A stretch of 64,000 nucleotides of DNA from Lepidodermella squamata (taxonomy: Eukaryota; Animalia; Gastrotricha): assembly GCA_047495785.1 (NCBI GenBank), contig JBLDXI010000004.1, positions 372,001 through 436,000 on the forward strand, in the 5' to 3' direction. The notes below the pieces were generated by a model, which was not told the DNA's origin, searched no databases, and saw nothing but the letters and a program-made list of their open reading frames with translations. The position numbers and the translations under genes were made by a program. Numbering within the stretch: position 1 is the first letter of the stretch; each line of letters begins with the position of its first letter. Positions 25,980 to 38,900 of this stretch are shown here, piece after piece.

Positions 25980-27054
25980 TATCTTAATTTCGACTGTAAT
26001 TTAGAGAAATATCCTCAGTGAGGCGCCTGGCTGCGTAATTGCATACGCACGAAAATTGCACTTGCGATAACGAATAAATAAAAATAAATAAATAAATAAA
26101 CAAGTGATTGGTTGTTACAAAAGGTTTGTGGTAGTCGCTCGAAAGAGTTTTGCTGCATTGGTGATCATTTGGGCAGGTCCCCGGACTCCTCCGGGGACTG
26201 CTGTTAGTCGGAAGACGAGAGTTTGTCCAGGAAGAATGCGGCAGACTTCCCTCGATTTCCTTGTTGGCGTTTTGTAATTTTCCATATATTTTCATGACAA
26301 AGTTACTTATAAATTGACTTTTATCACTACGACTTTCACGCTATGTATGAAAAAAAATAATGGCGTCGCGCGCTCATATACCTCTTACGCTCAGTTTTTC
26401 TTCTCTACGAGATTTCCTGTGATTACCTGTGAATTTGTGTTTCACCTCACTGGAAACCGGACAACGATAGCACGAGGTATATTGTATATTCGTCCGGTCT
26501 AGACGACTACAATCGCTCTACTAGCCTTTGCAAGTGCCACTGAAAACCGTCTGGTTTAGAGGGATTCTGGTTTAAAGGACTCAGATTGACATCAATTACT
26601 CTTCATCATCATCATCATCATTTTATTGTTTTCCTTCTGAATGCACCATTTTTAATTTTATGAAATAATAACAGTATTTAGGAATGGATGTATAAATGGG
26701 CAAAAAGAGGATCGAGCGCAGAAGTAAGGCGATCGTACACAGCATATAAGAATGGTTATTATAGGATGATGCGCACAAGGCACGCATACATTAGATAAGG
26801 TGATTAAAAATAATAATTAGTTTTATTTAGCTAAGGCCAGACTCTGTACATAGCTTTGCCTTCTGCATTAAACCGTCCATGTTACCAATCCCCAGGAACC
26901 AGGACTTGTGATGGTGGTCATGCGCGGTAGGTCCCACTTCTTCATTCGGGCGCTTACTGATATCTTCATCTTCATTTCACCCTTGTCAGACCACGCATCA
27001 TCATTTTTCTCATAGCATCTTATGCCGTGTTTTTCTAGGAATGTTACTCAATGA

Positions 27055-30000
27055 ATGATGGGTGCGAATAACAGGTCACGTCAGACCAGACAGAAACGGC
27101 ATGTTGGCGACGTCAGCAAAACAGTCATTGGAAACGTAGAACACGAGCTGGCACTCAAATCAGTCGATTCAGTGAACCGTAACTTGGAACGTGTCAACAA
27201 CTATCAAAATACTGCGTCTACAAGTTCTACTGGTTCCGTTGAAGGTCGTTCTACGAAGCCGCCGATTGCCAATGCGACATGCGTCGCCCGGACAGCTGAA
27301 GTCGACTATACCAAGAGAAACACGCGCCTAGCTGCGCAAAAAGCAGCCAAGGCTGCGAAGAAAGCGGGCGAGGATGCCGTCGCCCGAGAAATCGGCTTAC
27401 GGAAAGATCGTGAGCGAAAGGCTGCCCAGAGGGCGGCTGAAGATGCTGCTTCTAAAAGCAAGCGTCTTGAAAATGCCAAGATTTACGCTGCAAAGCGTCG
27501 ATTTTCTGTAAAAGAAAGTCTACTTCAATTTGAATGCGTTAATGACATCAATGAAAACTTTGATTCCAATAATGATTCCCAAATAATGACTCCTGATGAA
27601 ATCACATTATTAAATGAATCCCATGAAATATTTGTTGCTAGTGACGAATACCGCGAACAACTTGTCTCTGAAGCGCTTGAATACTTGAGAAACAGATATG
27701 ATCACAAAATATGCCTTATTACTGATCTCTACACTCCAATGTGCGAGTGTACAGCAGTGAAATGTGATAATCTTCCATTACGAGCGCTTGCGTATTTTTG
27801 TGGAAATAAACCGTGGACTACTGAGCCCATGTTTGAGTCATACGACTGTAGTAAATTTGATTCCAGATTAATTCGTCTTTTTCTATCACCGAGGTCGTTT
27901 TACTTTGACGAAGCCTACTTTTGTTGGATTACCACTGATATATTGATTTACCTGAACAAAGTAGAGGAAAAATTGTCAAAGGGTACGAAAAAATTATTTA
28001 AGGTTCCTAAATTTGCGATTGCCGACCATTTTGTGCTGGGAAACAACAGAATGTTTTCAGATGCTGGTTACATAGCAACTCAGTGCATTTCACTGGCTCG
28101 TATATCCGGCAATATACGTGTGGTTTTCGGCGGAGTTGGCAATACACTCAGCAGCAATTTGATTTGTTGGGATAATCACGAAGCTACTATTGCATCTAGC
28201 CTTCCGCAATCTCTAAAAGAGGGCGTCGCTAAAGTTATAATGGCTGGCCCCATAACGAGCGATCAGGAATTACTCATGGCTACGAAACTACAATTTGACC
28301 CTAAAATTGTGAGACAATTACACGAAGAATGCATTCGTATTAATCCTTTATTTGAACACTTTCCAAAAAATAATGGTCCCTTGGGAGACATCAATGATGT
28401 TATTTTTCGGCTTCCTGAGGATAACACAACCCGAGAACTTATAAATAACGCCAGAAAAATACAAAAATCTGTGGCAGACACGACAGAATCAGATAACATA
28501 TCTCAGCCGAATGCATTCTCGGAGACGGAAGTAGTAATTATAGACGCGAAACATAAGAATGATAAATTAACGCAGAGAGCCGTTAATTTACTTCTCAACG
28601 GAACACCTGAGGGAAATACGTTTGTTGCACACAGATCAACAACAATATTAAAAGCTACTGACGATTTGTTTTTCGAGAAAGTGTTTCCATGTTTATTTCA
28701 ATACGGGTGCGGAGGTTTGAAAGAAGGGCGAGCTCATCATTACACTCTCTTTGAATTAGCTAAGCATTACCTCATGTTATCTACTGAAACTTTTGCAACG
28801 CATCCCACTTTCAAGTTAGTATTGTACGACTACATAAGCAAAGAGAGCATTATAAGGCAGCTCAAAGTTAAAACTAAAATAAAGCCGCATGTTATACCAA
28901 ATGTAGCGAAGTTAACAGGCGCTGATATATATACCGCAGTCCAAACTGATTCTCTTAATAAAAAGCGAAGATATTTCAATGAACAAATTCTCACAGACAA
29001 CGAAGAAAGAGACATATTAAATACTATATCAGCCAGTGTTTCTGCGCGACTCGGCAGCAACGAAGAGCGTACTGATTTTCAGCGAAACCTTGACTCGATA
29101 ATCATTAACCGCGGCATACCGTCCCTTTTCTTTACGTTCACGCCGAAACCAGATTCTTCGCTGTTAGTTGCATTTTGGAACGGAGCAAACTGCCAGAGAG
29201 AAATATTGCCCGACGAAAGCAGTGCTTTAGCTAGCTGGATGATGCCTTCACCTTCGGAAATGATTCGCATAGTCAGTAACAATCCTGTACTTCAAGCTCG
29301 ATATTATTGGCTTTGTATAACCTGTATAATGGAAATATTATTTGCATTTGACCTAAAAAAGAAACAACCAAAGAAAAAACCTGGGTTATTGGGCCACGTG
29401 GAAAGCTTGTATTTTGCGCCCGAATCGCAAGCTAGACTTAGAATCCATTGCCATGGCGTAGCTTGGATTGTAGGATTTCCTCGCGACCGCGATGAATTCA
29501 TCAAACTAATGAATGACGTCGATTTCAGCAACACTTATCTGAAATTTCTTAACGAATTAATCAAAACTGAATTACCAGTATTTTGGGACTTACCAGCAGA
29601 AAACGCAATTTTGTGTAATGCTAACAACTGCGGTGGTTATTTGGAGCCGATAAAAGTCGACCGAATGTACTCACATATTCTACAGAAAACAACACCGCCG
29701 CCGATAGTCGCGCAGTGTAAAAACTGCAAAAAATCCCATACCAATGATGAAGTTATTGATACCGCAATAGAAATGAAAACTCAGGATTTCACGCCTGAGG
29801 AAAAAATGGAAATCAGCGATGAAAATATAAATAAAATTCGACTATTACCTGGAGGTTTTTAAAAAAACAAGCGTGTTCGGGATGTTCAATTGACCAAGAG
29901 TTTGCGAAAAGACCAGATCCACGGCTATACACATACTTTCACATGCGGTAAAATTACTAGAAAAGCAAGTAAAAAGAGATCGCTTTGTAGATTCAAATTC

Positions 30001-31569
30001 CCTCAAAAATTAGTAACAGAAACTGGAGTTGACAAGAACAACTTGCACCTATATACCAGGCGAACCTTAGGAAATGCATGGGTAAATAACTATTGCCCAG
30101 AGATACGTTTGATCTATGACTTTAACATCGATATATGCCTCGTAGCTAACGCAGCAATATCAAGGGCTATATATGCTGCTAAATATTCTGCGAAGGTGTT
30201 CTATATTAAAGATGCAGCTTACGTAGCTACTCTTGGCTTATCTACACGAATAAAAAACGAAAACAATCTCGACATTGATGTGCATCGAGTAGGACTTAAA
30301 CGCTTAATAGCCATGTCAATGAATGAGAGTTCCGTTATGGAAATAGGATCGCCGCTTGTTACCCACTTTCTACTTACAGGAAAAGGTGGTTATTTCTCCG
30401 ATGAATTCGCCTCTTTGCTTTTAACTCAAGGCTTAAACATGCTTGAGGATAAAGATTTATCATGCATAATCACACAGAATAAACACGGCATGTTTGAAAG
30501 AAACGCGGCCATATATGATTATTTATATCGACCAAAAGAGCTAGAAAACATGCCCTGGTATTGGTATGTCCTGGGCTACAAAAAAGTTACGAAAAAAATG
30601 AAGAGCCACTACAGATTTCACCCCAATCATCCACAATACGAATCACATCGTGTTCTCATAAGACCGCAGCCTGTAGTGCCACGCATTGTCGGCCCAAGAT
30701 TTCCGAACCGAGACAAATTAGATGAACATGAAGGTGACGCCGAGAAATATTACAGATGTGCTCTACTATTGTATAAAGCATTTCGAGATCCAAAAGCAGA
30801 ATTTTTAGACGAAAATGGCAGTTCCAAAACAGCGTTTAATAATTGGAAAAAATCGAGAGAAATTCAGAACAAGCTTAATTATCACCAGCAATTCTATTTT
30901 GCGCAGGAAGACAGTGCAAATTTCAGAAAAGAAGAAGATGCCCGAGAAAAAGATATGGCCATTGAAAGCGAATATATCATAAACGAGAATTACAACAGTG
31001 GCGATAAAATTATCTCAATTGACGATGAAAATTTGATAAATTTCTATAAAAAATCGTCGGACTGTTTACAGATGGCTGAGACGATGCACAAAGATATCAT
31101 TGACGAATCGATTTCCAGTTTAGTCAATATTACATTGAAAACGAATCTCAGACAAAGACATGAAGCAGAATCTGATTCGGTCGAGTTACAAATAACAAAG
31201 CCAGTGACTCGAAAACAGCTGAAAGAGGTTAATGATAAGGCGAAATCAAACGCTATGACTACGATTTCAGAGAGCGAAAGCACAGAAACACGGCAAATAT
31301 ACAAAAATATCGAGTTGCCCCAAACTCAGGCTATAATTCTGAAACGCATAACGGAGGCAATAAAAAATAACCGCCACGAAAGTGTAGATTACACAGAAGA
31401 GATAGGAAATAAAATATACCCCACACTCGCTGAGGTTTCCGCATACTTCAAACTCAACTTGAAGCAGCACTATGTTTTCATTTTATTCGCCGGCCGTGTT
31501 CTAATAAAAGCTTTTGATATTAAATTGAGTGTTTACCCGAGATTTTCACGAAATGCGATCCTTTACTAG
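27055..31569 (+). pseudogene. Helitron-family Rep (HUH endonuclease) with one in-frame stop at 29860-62
   Basis: FPCLFQYGCGG; motif I PSLFFTFTP; motif II ESQARLRIHCHG; CRFKFP, NNY, motif III YAAKY; HPQYESH. The 935-aa and 559-aa ORFs are in the same frame. Confidence 0.9.
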
Positions 31570-31940
31570 TTATCGGTTCGGGAGGATGCGGCAAGTCACA
31601 GACTATTTTTGCAATTCAACACTTCTTCAAAATGTGGGGCCTAGCTAATTGCGTCAGCTATGAGGGAACTACAGGCAACAGTGCAAGTATTATACGCGGC
31701 GAAACATTACATTCATCATTTTCTTTGAAACCACCGATAAACGACATTCCTAATCATCTGAAACAGCCGAGCGAAGAGTTAATTAACAAATGGCGCGGAA
31801 TCCACGGACTAATACTCGACGAGGTAAGCATGCAAGACCAAAAAACATTCGGAATAGCAATCGAAGCCCTTTACGCATTAAAGGAAACAAAAAAGACAAA
31901 ACAATGGCCAGATATACAGATAATGATACTAGGTGACTAG
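31563..31940 (+). pseudogene. PIF1-type helicase N-terminal half (frameshifted from Rep, C-terminally deleted)
   Basis: GSGGCGKS Walker A, TTGNSASIIRGETLHS, LILDEVSM Walker B; ends at ILGD* where GDxxQL is expected. Confidence 0.85.
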
Positions 31941-32952
31941 AGAAAATATAGAACGCGCACCTCAAACAAAACACAAAATCAGCAGTATGCAGAGTATAAA
32001 CAATTATGTGCACACATCAGCAGAAAAACACATGCAGCCGGTACACGCGTCCAACTCAGGAATTCGCAATATCGGAAACACATGTTATATTAATGCGAGT
32101 TTGCAAGCATTTGACGTTTGCATTGGTTTCAAAGACTGGCTCCAAGCACATTTAACGTGGTTGAATGAGACACAGCATGACGCCCATGTCAGAGATATTT
32201 TCAGCAGTCTTTTCACGATACTACAACAAATAAACAATCGACTAGACAATGTGGATGCGGGGCGGTTCAAAACAGCAATGGGCGTACTGCATCCCAATAT
32301 ATTTCAAAATTTCGAACAACAAGATAGCCGAGAAGTGTTTTTAAAAGTAGTCGAACTTGAAACTCCGGATCTACTTCATAACTTTGGCATTAGCTTGTGT
32401 TACCGCGATTCATGCACTATATGTAACACGCAAACCGAGCGCCTCGAACGTACGTCACTCGTTAATTTGCTCCTACCCGAAAACAACAGCCAGTGTACAG
32501 TAGAAGAAATAATAAACGAATATTGTCACACTACAATTGTTAAGGAATGCAGCAAATGCAAAGAAAACAAGATGCATAATCGGGAAATTTTGTTTCAGGA
32601 ACCATCTAGCAACGTAGTTTTACATCTCAGCCGTTTTGATCAATATCAACACGTTATTGATCATGACAAAGAGAGCTCAAGCAAATCACAACCGGCGTTA
32701 ATCAATGACCAGAAAAATCTATCGTCTGTCACTTATCCGGATCATATAACGATAGCAAATAAAAACTATGATCTCTCAGCAATTATATGTCACCACGGAA
32801 TAAACGTGACTAGTGGGCATTATACAACATTCGCCCGAAAACCTGAAACAACAACATTTTATCACTACAACGATGATAAAGTCAGACAAGCCACAAATTT
32901 CCTTGACCAGCGTCGCGAAGTATATATGTTGTATTATACATTACACACATAG
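31933..32952 (+). CDS. Ubiquitin-specific protease (USP/peptidase C19) domain, intronless
   Basis: Cys box GIRNIGNTCYINASLQ, QQDS, CxxC..CxxC, His box HHGINVTSGHY, YNDDKV, YMLYY. Confidence 0.92.
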   Translation: MTRENIERAPQTKHKISSMQSINNYVHTSAEKHMQPVHASNSGIRNIGNTCYINASLQAFDVCIGFKDWLQAHLTWLNETQHDAHVRDIFSSLFTILQQINNRLDNVDAGRFKTAMGVLHPNIFQNFEQQDSREVFLKVVELETPDLLHNFGISLCYRDSCTICNTQTERLERTSLVNLLLPENNSQCTVEEIINEYCHTTIVKECSKCKENKMHNREILFQEPSSNVVLHLSRFDQYQHVIDHDKESSSKSQPALINDQKNLSSVTYPDHITIANKNYDLSAIICHHGINVTSGHYTTFARKPETTTFYHYNDDKVRQATNFLDQRREVYMLYYTLHT

Positions 32953-33423
32953 TGTTTTTTCATTTCCTCTCCTCTCTTTTCCATCACATCATCAGCTTGC
33001 AGATAAGAGCCGTAGTCTTGGGCGAAAACCCACACCTATTGTAAGCCGTTGCGCAACGCCGATTTCGCTTCGCCCCATTGACGCGTGCACACACACCTGG
33101 AATGATGTCGTAACCAGACTCGACGAAAACGAAGCCAGTAATTAGCGACGAAAAGTGCTATTATAGGCAACCAGCAACCCCGTCATTAGCGAGAGGTCAG
33201 AAGAGCAGTTGTCACTACTAGTCAATAAAAATATAATTAGCAGATAAATCAATCGAGAGCCTCCTTAATTTTGTGACTTACCGGCCACTAATATTACTAG
33301 CGTCAGCGACCAGGCGATCAGGTCGCTGGGTCAGCCGTTTCTTCTCGCCGCCAATCGATAATTAATTACCCGCCGTGGGTGAGAACAGTCAGACACGGAC
33401 CATTCGTGCACTCTGCGACTAAC

Positions 33424-34324
33424 CAGGGTATAATACCGACCGGTTTTTTTGTTGAAAAAACCACCCACCGGTATAAACCGGTTTAAACCGGTGAAAAAAA
33501 CCGGTTTTTTTACATATGCTAAAATCACTGAAATGTCTTATTTGACATAGCCAGAGCTCGCTAGCACTTGTTCCTATAGAGATTTGGACTGCACCACGTG
33601 ATTCTACGTGAAAAACTGCATAGTTTGACAAATCACACGGCCATTTTCCTAACCTGGAAGAAAAAAAATTTCTTAGTGCAATAAAGCAATAAATAAAACT
33701 AAAAAACGCAGTTATCTCCGGAAGTATGATTATTACTAAAATTCTGAAAACGGATTCGGATCCGCCGTGAAAAGTTACCCCTCCGGGGTTTCTAAGGGGG
33801 GTTCCAACGACAAAGGAAGCGGTTTTGCCGGTTTTATTTGAAAATTTCAACTTGAAAGGTCTTAAACCGCCTAATTATACCCTACCGGAAGTAAAACTGA
33901 TTTCGCGATAGTTTCCTTACTATTATAGATATCGCCATGAAAATTTGGTATCTTAGGTAGAATTTGTCGCTGAACACGATGGTGCCATCGAATCACCCGC
34001 ATCAGGTATCGATTATCGATTATCGATTATTGGTAACTGATCGAATGATCGATTTTTCACAATTTAGCCCAATCGATTTTATGTGATACAGTGTAGTTTT
34101 TCTAAAGTATTTCAGCTGTGCGGTGTTGATCCTGGGGACGTAATGACTCTTAGACGACTTCTGACTTGCTGTTATCTATGAAAATGTGAGCTTTTTTGCG
34201 TGAAAACACCCCAAAAACCGCTTTTTGAAAAAACCGCGGTTTTTTCAGGAGCTAAAAACACCGGTATAAACCGGTACCGGTTTAAACTGGTTTATACTGG
34301 TTGGGGTTTAAACCGAATACCCTG
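33424..34324. mobile_element. Non-autonomous hAT element (family 1, copy 2)
   Basis: Same ends as 20643-21544; perfect 8-bp TSD CGACTAAC. Confidence 0.9.
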
Positions 34325-34390
34325 CGACTAACTGATAAATAGATTTTTCAAAACTAAAGTCTTCGTTTGTTTTTCAACTCGTAACTCACC

Positions 34391-35096
34391 ATGGAGAGAC
34401 AATCAATTGCAGAACTATGGCAAGGCGACTACAACTTCTACCTGCAAGGCGTGGTGCAGGGAGCCCCGCAGAAGATCGCCGACGGTTCGCAAATGGCTGT
34501 CGTACTTAACGACCAAACCGGAACTATCCGTGTCGTTATCAAAGGCACAGGACTGCCCCCGCTCTTCAACGGCTGCTCGATTCGAGTTCAGGAACCGACC
34601 ATTTCGGTAACTCAACTGTTTTATGTTAAACAATCAGTTTCATCTTTCCTTGCATCTCTTCGTACAGGCAGCATCTCGCTACAGCGAGACAGGCCATAAA
34701 TATGAGTTGTGGGCTGACGTCACCGACATTGAACACAGCCCGGAATGCACGGCTGCCCATGTTGACGAGTACGCTCTTGTTGACGACGTGGCTCACGTCA
34801 ACCAACACGAAAAAGTTGCCGTCAAAGGGCTCATCACTCACGTCTTCCCCAAGAAGCCGAGCGATAACCGTATCCGTTTCGATATCGCCGGCCGAAACCG
34901 CGTCATCCTGGTTGTGGCCTTCGGCGAACGAAGCATGCCGACCGAGGGCACCGTCGTTCAATTCAAAGGCGTGATGGGCATCTTCGCTCAGGACCGCCAG
35001 ATCAATGTTAGCGAACGTAATGCCATCAACGTGATCAATGAACCAGCTGACCAGTATCGCCCCCACGGCAACGCTAAACGCGCACCGATTATCTGA
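34391..35096 (+). CDS. RPA70-like tandem OB-fold ssDNA-binding protein, 2 exons, 214 aa
   Basis: Exons 34391-34606 and 34668-35096 join in frame; LNDQTGTIRVVI, ASRYSETGHKYEL, VAVKGLITHV, ILVVAFGE resemble RPA1 DBD-A/B; next to Helitron genes. Confidence 0.7.
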
Positions 35097-35955
35097 TCTG
35101 CATCACGGCGGGCCGCATCTAATCTGAAATGCAACACAGTTTGCGACATTTCACTGATTTGACTGAATCCACTCACCTGTTGACTGTTTTCCTTCTCTGA
35201 TCATCATCTGAGTTTACTTCTCATCATTTGATTTTCATTACATCCGATCCTCTGACAAATGACTGCACACTACTGCTGCCCGTTTCATAAAACCTAATAA
35301 ATACATTTAATCGCAACATTTGTCTTGTTGACATCACACAGTAAGAAGAACAATGATGAAAAGGATGATAATGATGATAAAACTGGTCAAGATCTAAAAG
35401 GTTAGGCCCTAACGGCTCCTTACGGAGTAAGGCCTTTTTAATTATCATCAATCTAAACCATTTCTACATTTCTAGATACATTTCTAGATTTATTTCAATC
35501 AGTGACAGTTGTACTCAAGGCTCAAGGACAGAACAAGAGGTGTCTTACGTCGAACGAAACTACGGACGCAAAACGCAACGCGAATACACGTTTTAACTGA
35601 AAGTTTTCAAATCGGTATAAAACGGTCGAAGGAGAAAACATATATTTTTAACAAGAAAAGGCGCGAAAACTTTTGATTTATCTACAAGTATTATTTTAAT
35701 TTTACTAAAAATACTCTTTATTATTTATTAATATACTATCATTTGATCTATTTCATAACCAGATTAGCCGCATGCAAAAATAAATTTTCTGTTTCCCGGT
35801 TACGCAGGAGTCAGCCTTTGTTTCGTTGACGCATCTTTTCTACTTTCTTTTCTATATAAAACATACAACTCCCTTTTCCGCAAGACAACGCAAGACAATG
35901 GGACCTGCCCATTACGCCACGCTGCAAGCGCAGCGCAGCGGCGTAAGAAAATATA

Positions 35956-38900
35956 CAGGGTGTTTCAGATATGGCGCACAATAAAAACCTGCGGCAAATG
36001 CGCGCGCCGGGAAAAGCGCGCGCATTGTTTTGTTTACACCCCCAACACACTATACATAGCACCACGGCACACTAAACATGAATGTACTGCAGACACATAT
36101 CAGTACTACCGCATAGCTTTTTCACGTTATTCTTCGACCCTTAACAAATTTAACGTGGTTTTCATGAAAAAATTTCTGATTTTCGTGGATGATGATGGTT
36201 TTTTCTGGGACCATCGTTTGCCATGGCCCATGGATTAACTGATTGCCAAAGAATCAATTGATTAGATTGGCTGGTTTTTGAAAAAGCGAGTTTTTAAAGG
36301 GACGATTAGACTTCACTATTTGTCATTAGCGTATTCGTCGTTGAGCAGCTGAATAATTGGTATTACATCTCTAGATGGAAGATCAGAATTGTTGTCTATG
36401 GTTGAAACAATGAGAAAAACTGAAGGCACCAGATAACGGCAAAACGAGATGAGTTCAAACGATGGCTTGTACCACAGCTCATAAAATAAATCTGATTTCA
36501 AGCATTTTTAGACTATCCCCAGCTGATAATTCAGCTATAAATTAAATACAGTTTAACCTCGATTCGCTCGCACATATTGGGGTTACCTTCTCACTTGCGC
36601 ATTTTTTTGGTATTTTACTGTGATTTAACATTGTTTTGACGAATCATTATACCATTTTTATCCAAATTATTAAAAAATGTTATAGACGAGTTTTTGTAAT
36701 TTTGGCGCCGAAGCTACGAGGCTTCCCTGCGCTTACAAGATTCGGGAAACATTTCTAACAAAACCGTGCCATTTTTCTCTACACATACCCTACTTAACTT
36801 AACTTATAACCTACCACGCGGCATTGCATTCTTACGAACATTATGATACCCACCGTATTTGCCGTGTTTGCCGTATTTGGCTCAGCCTGCAATGGCGCTC
36901 ATGGGTTGGAAACTTCAATCCTATTGAATGCCGTAAAATAGTGGCCTTTCCCACATTACTTGTGGTCGCTGATGCAGCACGAGCCAACGCCTAAATGTCC
37001 ATGAAATTTTTGTTACACCAAAACTGATTAATTCAGATAGAAATTGTATAGATTTAAGATAAAGCCCTGAGAATTGCTGAAAATTGTTCAAGTGACACAA
37101 ATTCAATGCGTAAGTGACAAATGCGCAAGTGAGTAAGGTTGCTCAAAAATCGTCGGAAATCAGCTGGGCAGCAGAGTGATTTCGACGACCACTTTCGTCT
37201 TAACGGTGATAGATAGAGATAGCGGGCGATAATAGTGACAGCGGGTTTCAAAATCGTGTTTCAAAAGGGCATTTGAAAACTGCTGTCAAATATATACGTT
37301 TTCCTCCGAAGATAAAAAATTCGGCAGTGAAAGGGTTTATACGGGCTGTAAAAAGCGGCACGCGATCTGAACGAGAGAGCGATTAGCGATTAGCGCTCAA
37401 CTGCCTTATTTTCATTAATTTTGAGCTCTGAGGGTCAATTTTTCTCTCAAACCGGGTGACATTCGGTCACTCAACGGCTTGTAACCACTGTGTGGATTTT
37501 TGACATCTTGGTATCCTTGGACAGTCCTGGAAACGCTTTCACAGATGGGAACTAAGCAAACGGTTCTTTCCACGGTGAATGTCACGTAGAGAAGTCACAA
37601 AAGTATTATAAAACGATTTTCTTCAGTAATTTTTCGCCCAGGACAGTTGACATTCGATCCAGTCTGCTCCTAACCGCTGGGCGAAATGAGTAACTCCTGG
37701 TATCGTTAGCGCAACCACCGTTATGCGTGTACGAAATGTGATGCGTACATGCTATGCAGATATATACGATATACGTTTTATATGGCAAGCAAGCGTATAT
37801 ATGCGCCATACGCACACCACACACGAGTATAATGTAACGCTACTGCAGCCAGAAATGGGAATATCGCTAAGAAATAAGACTTCCTTTTGCAAAATATCTA
37901 GGAAATTGCCGTTTAACCGATGAAAGAAATCTCAAAGCGGAATGTTTGTCAATGCGGATATTAATAAATTTTGAATTTTCAAAACAAATAACAAATATTA
38001 TGAAGATAATTCAAACTAGTGGGTTGTATCCAGCTGGTTCGACATCAAAAATTTGAATTCATTTGTATGCACTCTAAAACAGCAATCCCATGGATAGACT
38101 TTCGGCGCTTTCAACCAGCCTAGTAGATTGGGTTTTAGGCTATCTAACGAGGCGAAGCAATAAAAACTCCATCCACGGGTTTTTAAGAAAGAGAACCGTA
38201 AAGTTGACCTAATTTCAGCCAAAAACAGCCATATTGCGACATTTGACTTTCGCCCCTTTGTGATTTCCGTGGTTAGACTTTCGGCGCTTCGGACCAGCCT
38301 TATAGAGCACATCTTGGGCTAACTAACGATATCAAGAAATCAAAAATTTATCGACGAGTTTTTGAGAAGAAACGTCGCCAAGTTGACCCCGCAATGTGGC
38401 CTCTCTTTCGCCCGTTTTGCGACATTTGACTTGCGTCCCCTCGCGATACCCGTGGATAGACTTTCGGCGCTTACAACCAGCCTTGTAGAGTAGCTATCAG
38501 GCTATCTAACGATGCCCATAAATCAAAATTCCATCCACGGGTTTTCAAGAGAGAGGGTCGCCAAGTTGACCCGATTTCATCCAAAAAACGGCCACTCTAC
38601 GACGTTTTTTGTAACATTTGACTTTGGCTCCTTACGAATCCCATAGATAGACTTTCGGCGCGACCAACCAGAATAGTAGAGCACAGATTGGGCTATCTAA
38701 CGATATCAAGAAATCAAAAATCTATCCACGAGATTTCCAGAGGGAGGGTCGCAAAGATGACCCGTTGGAAGCCGAAGACTGCCTCTCAACGACGTTTTCT
38801 GCGTCATTTGACATGCATTTCGTTGCGAATCTCGTGGATAGACTTTCGGCGCGACTTACCAGCCTTGTAGAGCACATCTTGGGCTTTCTAACGATATCAA

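Larger units (their letters stand above)
25025..26101 (+). mobile_element. 5'-truncated CR1/L2-clade LINE 3' end, interrupted by two MITEs
   Basis: After removing MITEs: SLEKRRFKNDLKLTYKL..FFIRRTINYWNKLPADVVSTSLHVFKKYL, typical of the CR1/L2 ORF2 C-terminus; (AAAT)n tail ~26073-26100. Confidence 0.8.
26350..35951 (+). mobile_element. Helentron/Helitron2-type rolling-circle transposon (boundaries tentative)
   Basis: Contains Rep, PIF1, USP and RPA-like genes. Candidate subTIRs TCTTACGC (26383-90) / GCGTAAGA (35941-48), hairpin at ~35912-35946, A/T runs at both ends. Confidence 0.65.

Noticed and set aside
29850-29890. TTTTTAAAAAAAC as a programmed frameshift site between Rep ORFs
   Set aside because: Both ORFs are in the same frame; a simple nonsense change or homopolymer error explains it.
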